Below, piece by piece: positions 9,716 to 17,632 of a DNA stretch of 32,000 bases. Positions within the stretch are counted from its first letter, which is position 1. Every line of letters starts with the position of its first letter. The DNA is taken from NCBI RefSeq assembly GCF_000284455.1, contig NC_017039.1:180001-212000 (forward strand), in the 5' to 3' direction. This DNA comes from Synechocystis sp. PCC 6803 substr. PCC-P (GTDB lineage Bacteria; Cyanobacteriota; Cyanobacteriia; Cyanobacteriales; Microcystaceae). A model generated the notes under the pieces. That model searched no databases, had not been told where the DNA came from, and was given only the letters and a program-made list of their open reading frames with translations. The translations under genes and the position numbers were made by a program.

Positions 9716-9879
9716 CATTGTGAAGAGTGCTCCACAAAAACATCCTTGACCGGACGGAAAACTTCAAAAAGCATTGAGTTACAACATTATTCAATAGTTC
9801 ACTGCCAAGCCAATGGTCACCATGGGAAAAGCCTCCCCTGGAAGCTTATAATGCTTACAGAGAAGGCTTTTCAGCTGAA

Positions 9880-9953
9880 TCGGAGCGGCGGGATTTGAAC
9901 CCACGACCCCCACTACCCCAAAGTGGTGCGCTACCAAGCTGCGCTACGCCCCG
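9880..9953 (-). tRNA. tRNA-Pro(GGG)
   Basis: Reverse complement folds by eye as a full cloverleaf: acceptor CGGGGCG/CGCTCCG, D arm GCGC...GCGC, anticodon stem CCACT-TTGGGGT-AGTGG (anticodon GGG), T arm GTGGG-TTCAAAT-CCCGC, discriminator A; 74 nt, CCA not encoded. Confidence 0.95.
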
Positions 9954-10032
9954 AATTTCACAGACCCTAATCTTAGTCCTCCCCTGTGGCCCTTGGCAAG
10001 TTTTTTGGCAAATATTTTCGAGTGTTTATTTG

Positions 10033-10818
10033 ATGAAATTTATTGGCATTGATTTGGGTTGGCGTTCTGGGGAGAGTGGACTATGTCGTTTGCAACTGCA
10101 ATCAACCCCCACTGGCGATCGCCTAGGGATTGAAGACCTTACCTGTCGCTTGAGTTTGGAGGAAATTTTCGCCTGGCTGGACAAAGGTTTAGGTGAAGCG
10201 GAGGGAGTCATGGTGGCGGTGGATGCTCCGACCATTATTCCCAATCAGACTGGGACTCGTTTGCCCGATCGCCTGACCCATAAATATTTTGGCAAGTACC
10301 ATGCGGGTTGTTATCCGGCCAATTTGGGCCGACCTTTTGCCGAAAGAACCACCGGAGTGGGCAAATTACTAGAAGAAAGGGGGTTTCTCCATGCCCCGGA
10401 GATTCAAGCCCAACGGCAAGGGCGTTACCAAATTGAAGTATTTCCCCACCCTGCCATGGTGCAACTTTTTCAGCTAGAGCGGATCATCAAATACAAGAAA
10501 GGGAGTCTAGCCAAAAAAAGACAGGGTTTGCTGGAATTACAGTCCTACATTGAAAATATTTTGCCCCAACTAACCCCGGCTCTGGACCTTACCCTCCCCC
10601 CTGGTATGGAACCTTGGCGATCGCCATTGACCTTGAACGGCAAGGAATTGAAACACCAGGAAGACCAATGGGATAGTTTAATTTGTGCTTATATTGGCGC
10701 TTATTGGTGGTACTGGGGTCGAGAACGGAACTGGGTTTTAGGCGATGAAAGTACGGGCTATATTGTGGTGCCCACCTTAGGTGCTGACCAACCCGTACCG
10801 GATGCAGAGAAAAACTAA
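10033..10818 (+). CDS. DUF429 protein (RNase H-like fold, predicted nuclease)
   Basis: MKFIGIDLGWRSGESG start; GEGVMVAVDAPTIIPNQTGTRLPDR...FGRPFAERTTG...EVFPHPAMVQLF. ATG 10033 is preferred because the upstream extension to 9895 overlaps the tRNA. Confidence 0.88.
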   Translation: MKFIGIDLGWRSGESGLCRLQLQSTPTGDRLGIEDLTCRLSLEEIFAWLDKGLGEAEGVMVAVDAPTIIPNQTGTRLPDRLTHKYFGKYHAGCYPANLGRPFAERTTGVGKLLEERGFLHAPEIQAQRQGRYQIEVFPHPAMVQLFQLERIIKYKKGSLAKKRQGLLELQSYIENILPQLTPALDLTLPPGMEPWRSPLTLNGKELKHQEDQWDSLICAYIGAYWWYWGRERNWVLGDESTGYIVVPTLGADQPVPDAEKN

Positions 10819-11819
10819 AAACTAGCTAAGGATTGCTGTTGGGTCTGACCTTGACTTTGCACTGGCATGGGCGACAACACCGGCTCATTGACAAAGAACG
10901 TCTGGGCCATTTTAACCCCCACTTCGTTTACCCTAGCTTGAATCTCCTCCAGGAATTCGTGTAGCCCTTGGCTAATAACATCTTCGATGGTGATGTAGCC
11001 CATTTCTCCACAAAGTCGACCCAGGGCCCTCTCTGCCTCATTGCGCCAGGAACCGAGGGGCGTACCAGTAACTTCATGCAATGACCGTTGTACTTGGAGT
11101 AGACAAAAATGGATAGAACGTGGAAATTTGGGGTGCAAAATCAGAAAGCTGGCCACGTTGGCAGGGGTAATGCGCCGCTGGCTCTTGCGATACATTTCGT
11201 AAGCACTGGCGGATTTGAGTAGGGCAATCCATTCCACCTGATCCAGGGGAGTGCCGACCCATTCCACCGAAGGCAGCAGGTAGTAATATTTCACGTCCAA
11301 AATGCGGGCGGTTTTGTCAGCCCTTTCCTGCAAACGTCCCATCTGGCCAAAATGCCAAGCTTCGTTATGGGTCATGGTGGCGTCCATAATGCCGGCAAAG
11401 CGATGACTAGATAGTTTCACCCGCGCAAAAAAGTCGGCAATGTTGGCCGGAGGGCGATCGCCAGCTTCTTTGACCATAAGGTAAAAGCGATTAATTTCTT
11501 CCCACATCTCCGAAGAAATAATTTCTCGAATGGAGCGGGCATTTTCCCTGGCCATGTTCAGGCAGGAAAGGATGGAGTTGGAGTAATGCTGATCAAAGGT
11601 GAGGAATTGGATCACATTAGCCTTGGTGACTTCGCCGTAATGCTGTTTGAAAAAGCTCAAATCCCCAGTGGTCATAACCAAAGGCTCCCACTGCTGTTGG
11701 GCACCGTAGGGTAAATCCAACATTAGGTAAAGGTTCACATCCACAAAGCGAGCAATATTTTCCGCCCGTTCGATGTAGCGGTTCAGCCAGTAAACGGAGT
11801 CAGCAACACGGCTTAGCAT
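10815..11819 (-). CDS. Alpha-E domain-containing protein (DUF403)
   Basis: Starts MLSRVADSVYWLNRYIERAENIARFVDVN, the hallmark N terminus of alpha-E proteins; CAT at 11817-11819. The 65 codons upstream to 12014 look like spurious read-through. Confidence 0.92.
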   Translation of the reverse strand: MLSRVADSVYWLNRYIERAENIARFVDVNLYLMLDLPYGAQQQWEPLVMTTGDLSFFKQHYGEVTKANVIQFLTFDQHYSNSILSCLNMARENARSIREIISSEMWEEINRFYLMVKEAGDRPPANIADFFARVKLSSHRFAGIMDATMTHNEAWHFGQMGRLQERADKTARILDVKYYYLLPSVEWVGTPLDQVEWIALLKSASAYEMYRKSQRRITPANVASFLILHPKFPRSIHFCLLQVQRSLHEVTGTPLGSWRNEAERALGRLCGEMGYITIEDVISQGLHEFLEEIQARVNEVGVKMAQTFFVNEPVLSPMPVQSQGQTQQQSLASF

Positions 11820-12135
11820 AATTTTCGGTTTTTTCCAATTACGGATCCAGGGCCTATTGTACAAAGCCGTTGGTGGTTCAATATGTTGCCATTCTGACGA
11901 AATTGTCGAGGCTTTTCCCCTGTATAAAAACCTAGTCCGCCCTAAAGCTCCCACTTCCCCCCTGGCGATCGGGTCTTTGTGGAAACTGCCGGCTCGGCCA
12001 AGCTTGGGGAGCAATACTGCAGGTGAAGCAAAAATAACGGTTTAGACTACCAGGGAGAAGGAAAAACAGTGAAAATGCCAAACTTTGATGGGGTGTTAGA
12101 ATCGGGCCACATTTGAGCGTTTGGAGCCCCAGGCC

Positions 12136-12783
12136 ATGACCGCCGCCCTCGACCAAATCATTGTTTATCCCGATAGTGATGGACAACCAATGGCAGACAA
12201 TACCCTACAGTTCCGTTGGATTGTACTGATTAAGGAAAATTTGGAATGTGTTTTTCGAGATAATCCAGATGTGTTTGTGGCGGGGGATTTGTTGTGGTAT
12301 CCGGTGGAAAGACACCCAGAAATACGGGTTGCCCCTGATGTGATGGTGGTTTTTGGTCGGCCTAAGGGGGAGCGGGGTTCCTACCAACAGTGGCAAGAAG
12401 AAAATATTGGGCCCCAAGTCGTGTTTGAAATTTTATCGCCGGGTAATAGGTTAAAGGAAATGGCAAAAAAATTGGTCTTTTATGACCAGTACGGAGTAGA
12501 AGAATACTACATTTATGATCCTGAACGAGTTGATTTTACGGGATATGAGCGGCAAGGGGAAAATTTGGTTGTGATTGAAACTATTCATGATTGGGTCAGC
12601 CCCCGTTTAGGAATACGTTTTGTCCTAACCCAAGAACAGTTGGAAATTTATGATCCCCAAGGAAATCGTTTTTTGACAACAATAGAATTTTCGGAGCGGG
12701 CTAAGATTGCGGAGCAGGAAAATGAACGGTTAAGGGAGTTATTACGACAGGCCGGTATTTCTGATGGATTGGGGTCGAACTAA
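12136..12783 (+). CDS. Uma2 family (DUF820) PD-(D/E)XK-type predicted endonuclease
   Basis: LLWYPVERHPEIRVAPDVMVVFGRPKGERGSY...VFEILSPGNRLKEMAKKLVFYDQYGVEEYYIYDPE is typical of cyanobacterial Uma2 proteins. Confidence 0.93.
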   Translation: MTAALDQIIVYPDSDGQPMADNTLQFRWIVLIKENLECVFRDNPDVFVAGDLLWYPVERHPEIRVAPDVMVVFGRPKGERGSYQQWQEENIGPQVVFEILSPGNRLKEMAKKLVFYDQYGVEEYYIYDPERVDFTGYERQGENLVVIETIHDWVSPRLGIRFVLTQEQLEIYDPQGNRFLTTIEFSERAKIAEQENERLRELLRQAGISDGLGSN

Positions 12784-12881
12784 TCGAAGACAATGGGCGA
12801 TCGCCAGGACGGGGGTCAACTTTCCAGAGGTTGCCCTTAACCCCTAAACTAAAGTCTTGACAGATTGAGGTGCAAGCAACG

Positions 12882-14306
12882 ATGAGTCAGGATTTTGATT
12901 ACGATTTGGTGATTATTGGCGCTGGCGTTGGCGGCCATGGGGCTGCTCTCCACGCCGTTAAATGTGGTCTGAAAACCGCCATCATCGAAGCTAAAGATAT
13001 GGGCGGCACCTGTGTGAATCGGGGTTGTATCCCTTCCAAAGCTCTCCTCGCCGCCTCCGGTCGGGTGCGGGAAATGTCCGACCAAGATCATTTGCAACAA
13101 CTAGGTATCCAGATCAATGGCGTTACCTTCACCAGGGAGGCGATCGCTGCCCATGCCAACGACCTTGTGAGTAAAATCCAATCTGACCTGACCAATAGCC
13201 TCACCCGTCTCAAAGTCGATACCATCCGGGGTTGGGGTAAAGTATCCGGCCCCCAGGAAGTGACGGTGATCGGGGACAACGAAACCCGCATTCTCAAAGC
13301 AAAAGAGATCATGTTATGCCCAGGCTCGGTGCCCTTTGTGCCCCCCGGCATTGAAATTGACCATAAAACTGTCTTTACCAGTGATGAAGCAGTGAAGTTG
13401 GAAACGTTGCCCCAGTGGATTGCCATCATTGGTAGTGGTTACATTGGCTTGGAATTTTCCGACGTTTACACCGCCCTCGGTTGTGAAGTGACCATGATTG
13501 AAGCCCTGCCGGATCTGATGCCAGGGTTTGATCCGGAAATTGCCAAAATTGCCGAACGGGTGCTGATTAAATCCCGGGACATTGAAACCTATACCGGCGT
13601 ATTTGCCACCAAAATCAAAGCAGGTTCCCCTGTGGAAATTGAACTCACCGACGCCAAAACAAAAGAAGTGATTGACACCCTGGAAGTGGATGCTTGTTTA
13701 GTCGCCACTGGCCGCATTCCTGCCACCAAAAATTTAGGGCTGGAAACGGTGGGAGTGGAAACCGATCGCCGGGGTTTCATTGAAGTTAACGACCAAATGC
13801 AAGTGATTAAGGATGGCAAACCGGTGCCCCATCTCTGGGCGGTGGGAGATGCCACGGGCAAAATGATGCTGGCCCATGCCGCTTCTGGCCAAGGAGTGGT
13901 GGCAGTGGAAAATATCTGCGGCCGCAAAACTGAGGTGGACTACCGAGCCATTCCGGCGGCGGCCTTCACCCATCCTGAAATTAGCTACGTGGGTTTAACG
14001 GAAGCTCAAGCCAAAGAGCTAGGGGAAAAGGAAGGATTTGTGGTTAGTACGGCCAAAACTTACTTTAAGGGGAACTCCAAAGCTCTAGCAGAAAAGGAAA
14101 CCGACGGCATTGCCAAAGTGGTTTACCGCCAGGATACCGGGGAATTATTGGGTGCCCACATTATCGGTATTCATGCATCGGACCTAATCCAAGAGGCGGC
14201 CCAGGCGATCGCCGACCGCAAATCAGTGCGGGAATTGGCCTTCCATGTCCATGCCCACCCCACCCTGTCGGAAGTGTTGGACGAAGCGTATAAACGGGCG
14301 GTTTAA
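12882..14306 (+). CDS. lpdA: Dihydrolipoyl dehydrogenase (E3)
   Basis: FAD motif [17 protein letters not shown], redox disulfide [16 protein letters not shown] motif [13 protein letters not shown]-terminal HAHPTLSE. Confidence 0.97.
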
Positions 14307-14309
14307 ACC

Positions 14310-14801
14310 ATGGTCACCATCACCGTTACCCCAGAGCAACTGAGTAGTTTGGACCTTTCCCCAGTGCAATCGTGGCTGGAGCGGGCCATTAGTCTTAACC
14401 TGAATCGCATTGACGAATCTGCCCTGGCCACCATCGAAAAACAGGTACAGTTCGACATTCAATTTGCCAGGGAAGAAGGCGATCCCAGGGAATTATCAGA
14501 GATTCCCGAAGTTCGTCTGTGGTTTATCCGTCTAGATAGCGTTTATCCCTGGTTTCCCCTGTGCTTGGATTGGCAGGCCGGGGAATTTACCAGGTATGCT
14601 GCCATGCTGGTGCCCCACGAATTCCATCGGGTGGATGGCATCCAGTTCAATCCTGAAGCTCTGGATCTGTTCATTATGGGTAGGGTATTTGTGTTAGCGG
14701 ACTGGTTAAAAAAATATCAACTCCCAGCCCAGTTCCGCCTCAAGTCCTTGGCTCAACTGTTGGGCTACGATTTGGACGACAATTTTTTGGCCCAGTTGTA
14801 G
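14310..14801 (+). CDS. CRR6-like (DUF1817) NDH-1 assembly/NdhI maturation factor
   Basis: 163 aa with VRLWFIRLDSVYPWFPLCLDWQAGEFTRYAAMLVPHEFHR...GIQFNPEALDLFIMGRVFVLADWL, matching the cyanobacterial/plant CRR6 family as remembered (slr1097). Confidence 0.8.
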   Translation: MVTITVTPEQLSSLDLSPVQSWLERAISLNLNRIDESALATIEKQVQFDIQFAREEGDPRELSEIPEVRLWFIRLDSVYPWFPLCLDWQAGEFTRYAAMLVPHEFHRVDGIQFNPEALDLFIMGRVFVLADWLKKYQLPAQFRLKSLAQLLGYDLDDNFLAQL

Positions 14802-14876
14802 AGGAGTTTGCAAATAGGACGGACTAACCCCGGCCCCTAGCCTAGGGGGGGAAATTTCGTGAGAAAATATGGAGCT

Positions 14877-15617
14877 ATGCGTAACCAAGATGATCTGCTA
14901 CTGGAGGATTCCTGGGTTGATCCCCTGGATCAATTAGATGACGACGTAGCCCCTCCACCTCCGGACCCTGATGAAATGTTGGTGCTTCTGACCAGTAGAG
15001 AAGCCCCACAGAGGATGCTGGCGGCCCGGGCTTTTTGTGAAATTGCCGATCGCCGGGCGGTGGAGCCGTTGATCAATTTATTAGGGGATAGCTGTCCCCT
15101 GGTGCGGGTGAGTGCGGCCTATGCGTTGGGGCGTAATACGGACCCGACCATAGTGGAACCGCTAATTCAAAGTTTGCAAACAGATTTCAATGGTTATGTC
15201 CGCAAGGGATTGGTCTGGGCCTTGGGAAATTGTGGCGATCGCCGGGCTCTAGCGCCCTTGATCCATGCCCTCAAAACCGACATTTCCGCCGTGCGCCTCT
15301 GGAGTGCCAGCAGTTTGCCTAACATTGCCAAATTGGCCTACGAAGATGTTATTGCCACCATTCCCCCGTTGATTGAGGGACTGAGGCGGGACAAGATGGC
15401 CGCTGTCCGCAGTAATTGTGCCTGGGCGGTGGGGCAACTATGCCGGGAATTGCCTTCCAATGTGGTCTATGCCACGGCGATCGATGCCTTGCTGGAAGCC
15501 CTAGTGGAAGATGAAGATTTTGGCGTCAAGGAAGATGCCAAATCCGCCCTACTGCGACTGGGGGACGCCCGGGGACTACAGATGATTGAAGACCTGGAAA
15601 TGGACGGACTGATCTAA
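14877..15617 (+). CDS. HEAT-repeat protein (PBS lyase HEAT-like)
   Basis: Repeated ~31 aa units such as AVEPLINLLGDSCPLVRVSAAYALGR, IVEPLIQSLQTDFNGYVRKGLVWALGNCGD, ALAPLIHALKTDISAVRLWSASSL. ATG 14877 (upstream GTG at 14859 possible). Confidence 0.88.
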   Translation: MRNQDDLLLEDSWVDPLDQLDDDVAPPPPDPDEMLVLLTSREAPQRMLAARAFCEIADRRAVEPLINLLGDSCPLVRVSAAYALGRNTDPTIVEPLIQSLQTDFNGYVRKGLVWALGNCGDRRALAPLIHALKTDISAVRLWSASSLPNIAKLAYEDVIATIPPLIEGLRRDKMAAVRSNCAWAVGQLCRELPSNVVYATAIDALLEALVEDEDFGVKEDAKSALLRLGDARGLQMIEDLEMDGLI

Positions 15618-15684
15618 TACGTCGATTGGTTTGTAAAGATATGTAAAGGGAAATAATTAAAAATTAACTAAAAATCAACACACC

Positions 15685-16305
15685 ATGGCACAACCTTTGA
15701 TTTTGGGGGTCAGCGGTGCCTCTGGGCTAATTTATGCCGTCAGAGCCATCAAGCATTTACTGGCGGCGGATTACACCATCGAACTGGTGGCTTCCCGAGC
15801 CAGCTACCAAGTTTGGCAAGCGGAACAAAATATTCAAATGCCAGGGGAACCCTCCGCCCAGGCAGAATTTTGGCGCTCTCAGGCTGGGGTAGAAAAGGGT
15901 GGCAAATTGATTTGTCACCGTTGGGGAGATGTGGGGGCCACCATTGCCAGTGGTTCCTACCGTTGCGCCGGCATGGTGGTGCTGCCCTGTAGCATGAGCA
16001 CCGTGGCTAAATTGGCGGTGGGCATGAGTTCCGATCTATTGGAGCGGGCGGCGGATGTGCAAATCAAAGAAGGTAAACCCTTGGTGGTGGTGCCCAGGGA
16101 AACGCCCTTAAGTTTGATCCATCTGCGCAATCTCACTAGTTTGGCCGAGGCTGGAGTCCGCATTGTGCCCGCCATTCCCGCTTGGTATCATCAGCCCCAA
16201 TCGGTGGAAGATTTAGTGGATTTTGTGGTGGCTAGGGCCTTGGATCAATTGGCGATCGACTGTGTGCCCCTCCAGCGTTGGCAAGGGGGTATGGAAGGGG
16301 AGTGA
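15685..16305 (+). CDS. ubiX: UbiX-family flavin prenyltransferase
   Basis: ILGVSGASGLIYAVRAIKHLL, CRYRC-like GSYRCAGMVVLPCSMSTVAKLAVGMSSDLLERAADVQIKEGKPLVVVPRETPLS. Confidence 0.95.
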   Translation: MAQPLILGVSGASGLIYAVRAIKHLLAADYTIELVASRASYQVWQAEQNIQMPGEPSAQAEFWRSQAGVEKGGKLICHRWGDVGATIASGSYRCAGMVVLPCSMSTVAKLAVGMSSDLLERAADVQIKEGKPLVVVPRETPLSLIHLRNLTSLAEAGVRIVPAIPAWYHQPQSVEDLVDFVVARALDQLAIDCVPLQRWQGGMEGE

Positions 16306-16361
16306 CGGATTTACTTAGGCTCTGAGGGTAAGTCCTTCTGATGAGTCGATTATGAGGGAAG

Positions 16362-16422
16362 TGTAAGTCCAAATCCCCCAACCTTGCCGGAGCTTTAGTG
16401 AAAATAGTTGGGGGACAAAGGC
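16362..16422. repeat. Probable partial or decayed copy of the same repeat family
   Basis: GTAAGTCCAAATCCCCCAACCTTGCCGGAGCTTTAGTGA aligns to 26549-26586 (GTAAGTCAAAGTCCCCCAGCATTGCCGGAGCTTTAGTGA). Contains inverted repeat CCCCCAAC (16375-16382)/GTTGGGGG (16407-16414). Confidence 0.55.
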
Positions 16423-16610
16423 TTTAGTGATCGCTCGGTGCGCCATGGTTGGGATTAGCCGTTAAGCTAGAGAAAAACCGCCCAGTGTCGGCGGCTGTGG
16501 GCAAAGTTTGGCATTGCCGCCAGAAAAGCTGACGGGAGGTGGTTAATTGATAAGCGGTTGTCAAGCGGTTTGTTCTACAGATTCTTACCCTCCACCCAAC
16601 TGTAAACACC

Positions 16611-16991
16611 ATGGCAAGACGTAAAAAAACTTTTCCCTGTGGCCATAAGGGTTATGGTCAAGAATGTCATCGCTGTGTGCAAAAACACATTGACCAAGAG
16701 GAAAGGAAACATTCCCGCGACGCTTGGAAAGCCACCTTTGCTGAAGATCCCATTGATCTGACCCATCTACCCAGAAATGTGGTGCTCAAAGCCAGACAAA
16801 TTCTCGCAGGTTTGGCCAATCAACATGACTACCGTGAGTTTTACGGCAAACGTCTTAGGCATGATCGCCTAGTGATCAGTATTCCAGTTACTAGACATTA
16901 CCGGCTTATTTGTCAGGACGATGGCGATCGCCTAGAACCAAAAGAAATCGTCTCCCACGAAGATTACAATGTATGTAAGCCAGGGCATTGA
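16611..16991 (+). CDS. Conserved hypothetical with N-terminal CGH...CxxC zinc-knuckle and a possible RelE/ParE-like C-terminal region
   Basis: MARRKKTFPCGHKGYGQECHRC start; ends HYRLICQDDGDRLEPKEIVSHEDYNVC. Toxin-fold resemblance is by eye only. Confidence 0.75.
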   Translation: MARRKKTFPCGHKGYGQECHRCVQKHIDQEERKHSRDAWKATFAEDPIDLTHLPRNVVLKARQILAGLANQHDYREFYGKRLRHDRLVISIPVTRHYRLICQDDGDRLEPKEIVSHEDYNVCKPGH

Positions 16992-17557
16992 GCAAATCCC
17001 TTGGTCTGGCGGAGAAACTGCTTAAATTTGCCTCAATTATTGCCCATTGCCCCAAGCCTTGGAGGGTTACCTTGTTCAATAGAATTCTCGTTGCCTTGGA
17101 TCTGTCCCCCGCAGGTCAAGAAGTTTTAGAAAAAGGTTTATCCCTCGCCAAGGTCTATGGCGCTTCCCTATTGTTGCTTCATGTCCTGTCGGCCGAAGAA
17201 GAAGGTAGTCCCCTACCCATCCCCGTCAATATGGATGAAATTTACCCCGCCGTGGGTAATGAGTTGACCATGGAGGTGTGGCAACAGCAATGGCAAACCT
17301 TTGAACAAGAAGGGTTAGATACCCTGGAAAAACGCCGTCAGCAAGCACTGGCTTTGGACATTGAATGCCAGGCGGAACAAATTTTGGGCAGTCCAGGTAA
17401 AATTATCTGCCAGCGGGCCAAACAGGATAATAGTGACATCATTGTGGTGGGGCACCGGGGCCGGTGGGGACTAAGCGAAATTCTCCTCGGTAGTGTGGGG
17501 AACTATGTCTTTCACCACGCCCACTGTTGCGTGTTTGTGGTGCCAACTCCGGACTGA
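16988..17557 (+). CDS. Universal stress protein (UspA) family; start uncertain (TTG 16988 overlapping the previous stop, or around TTG 17072)
   Basis: NRILVALDLSPAGQEVLEKGLSLAKVYGASLLLLHVL ... DIIVVGHRGRWGLSEILLGSVGNYVFHHAHCCVFVV. Confidence 0.93.
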   Translation: MSKSLGLAEKLLKFASIIAHCPKPWRVTLFNRILVALDLSPAGQEVLEKGLSLAKVYGASLLLLHVLSAEEEGSPLPIPVNMDEIYPAVGNELTMEVWQQQWQTFEQEGLDTLEKRRQQALALDIECQAEQILGSPGKIICQRAKQDNSDIIVVGHRGRWGLSEILLGSVGNYVFHHAHCCVFVVPTPD

Positions 17558-17632
17558 GAGGCGATCGGACCCTGAAGTTAACCGGCGATCTTCCCAAAGT
17601 TAAATAAAACCATCCCCTGAGCCATGCCATCC

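Noticed and set aside
9895-10032. N-terminal extension of the DUF429 ORF in the ORF track
   Set aside because: It overlaps the tRNA-Pro gene on the opposite strand, has no family similarity, and the conserved start MKFIGIDLGW lies at ATG 10033.
11820-12014. 65-codon N-terminal extension of the alpha-E ORF
   Set aside because: The sequence is low in conservation signals and the family-typical start MLSRVADSVYWLNR is at 11819.
12849-14462. Several minus-strand ORFs (60-113 aa) opposite lpdA and the start of the CRR6-like gene
   Set aside because: They lie opposite strongly conserved coding sequence and show no family motifs.
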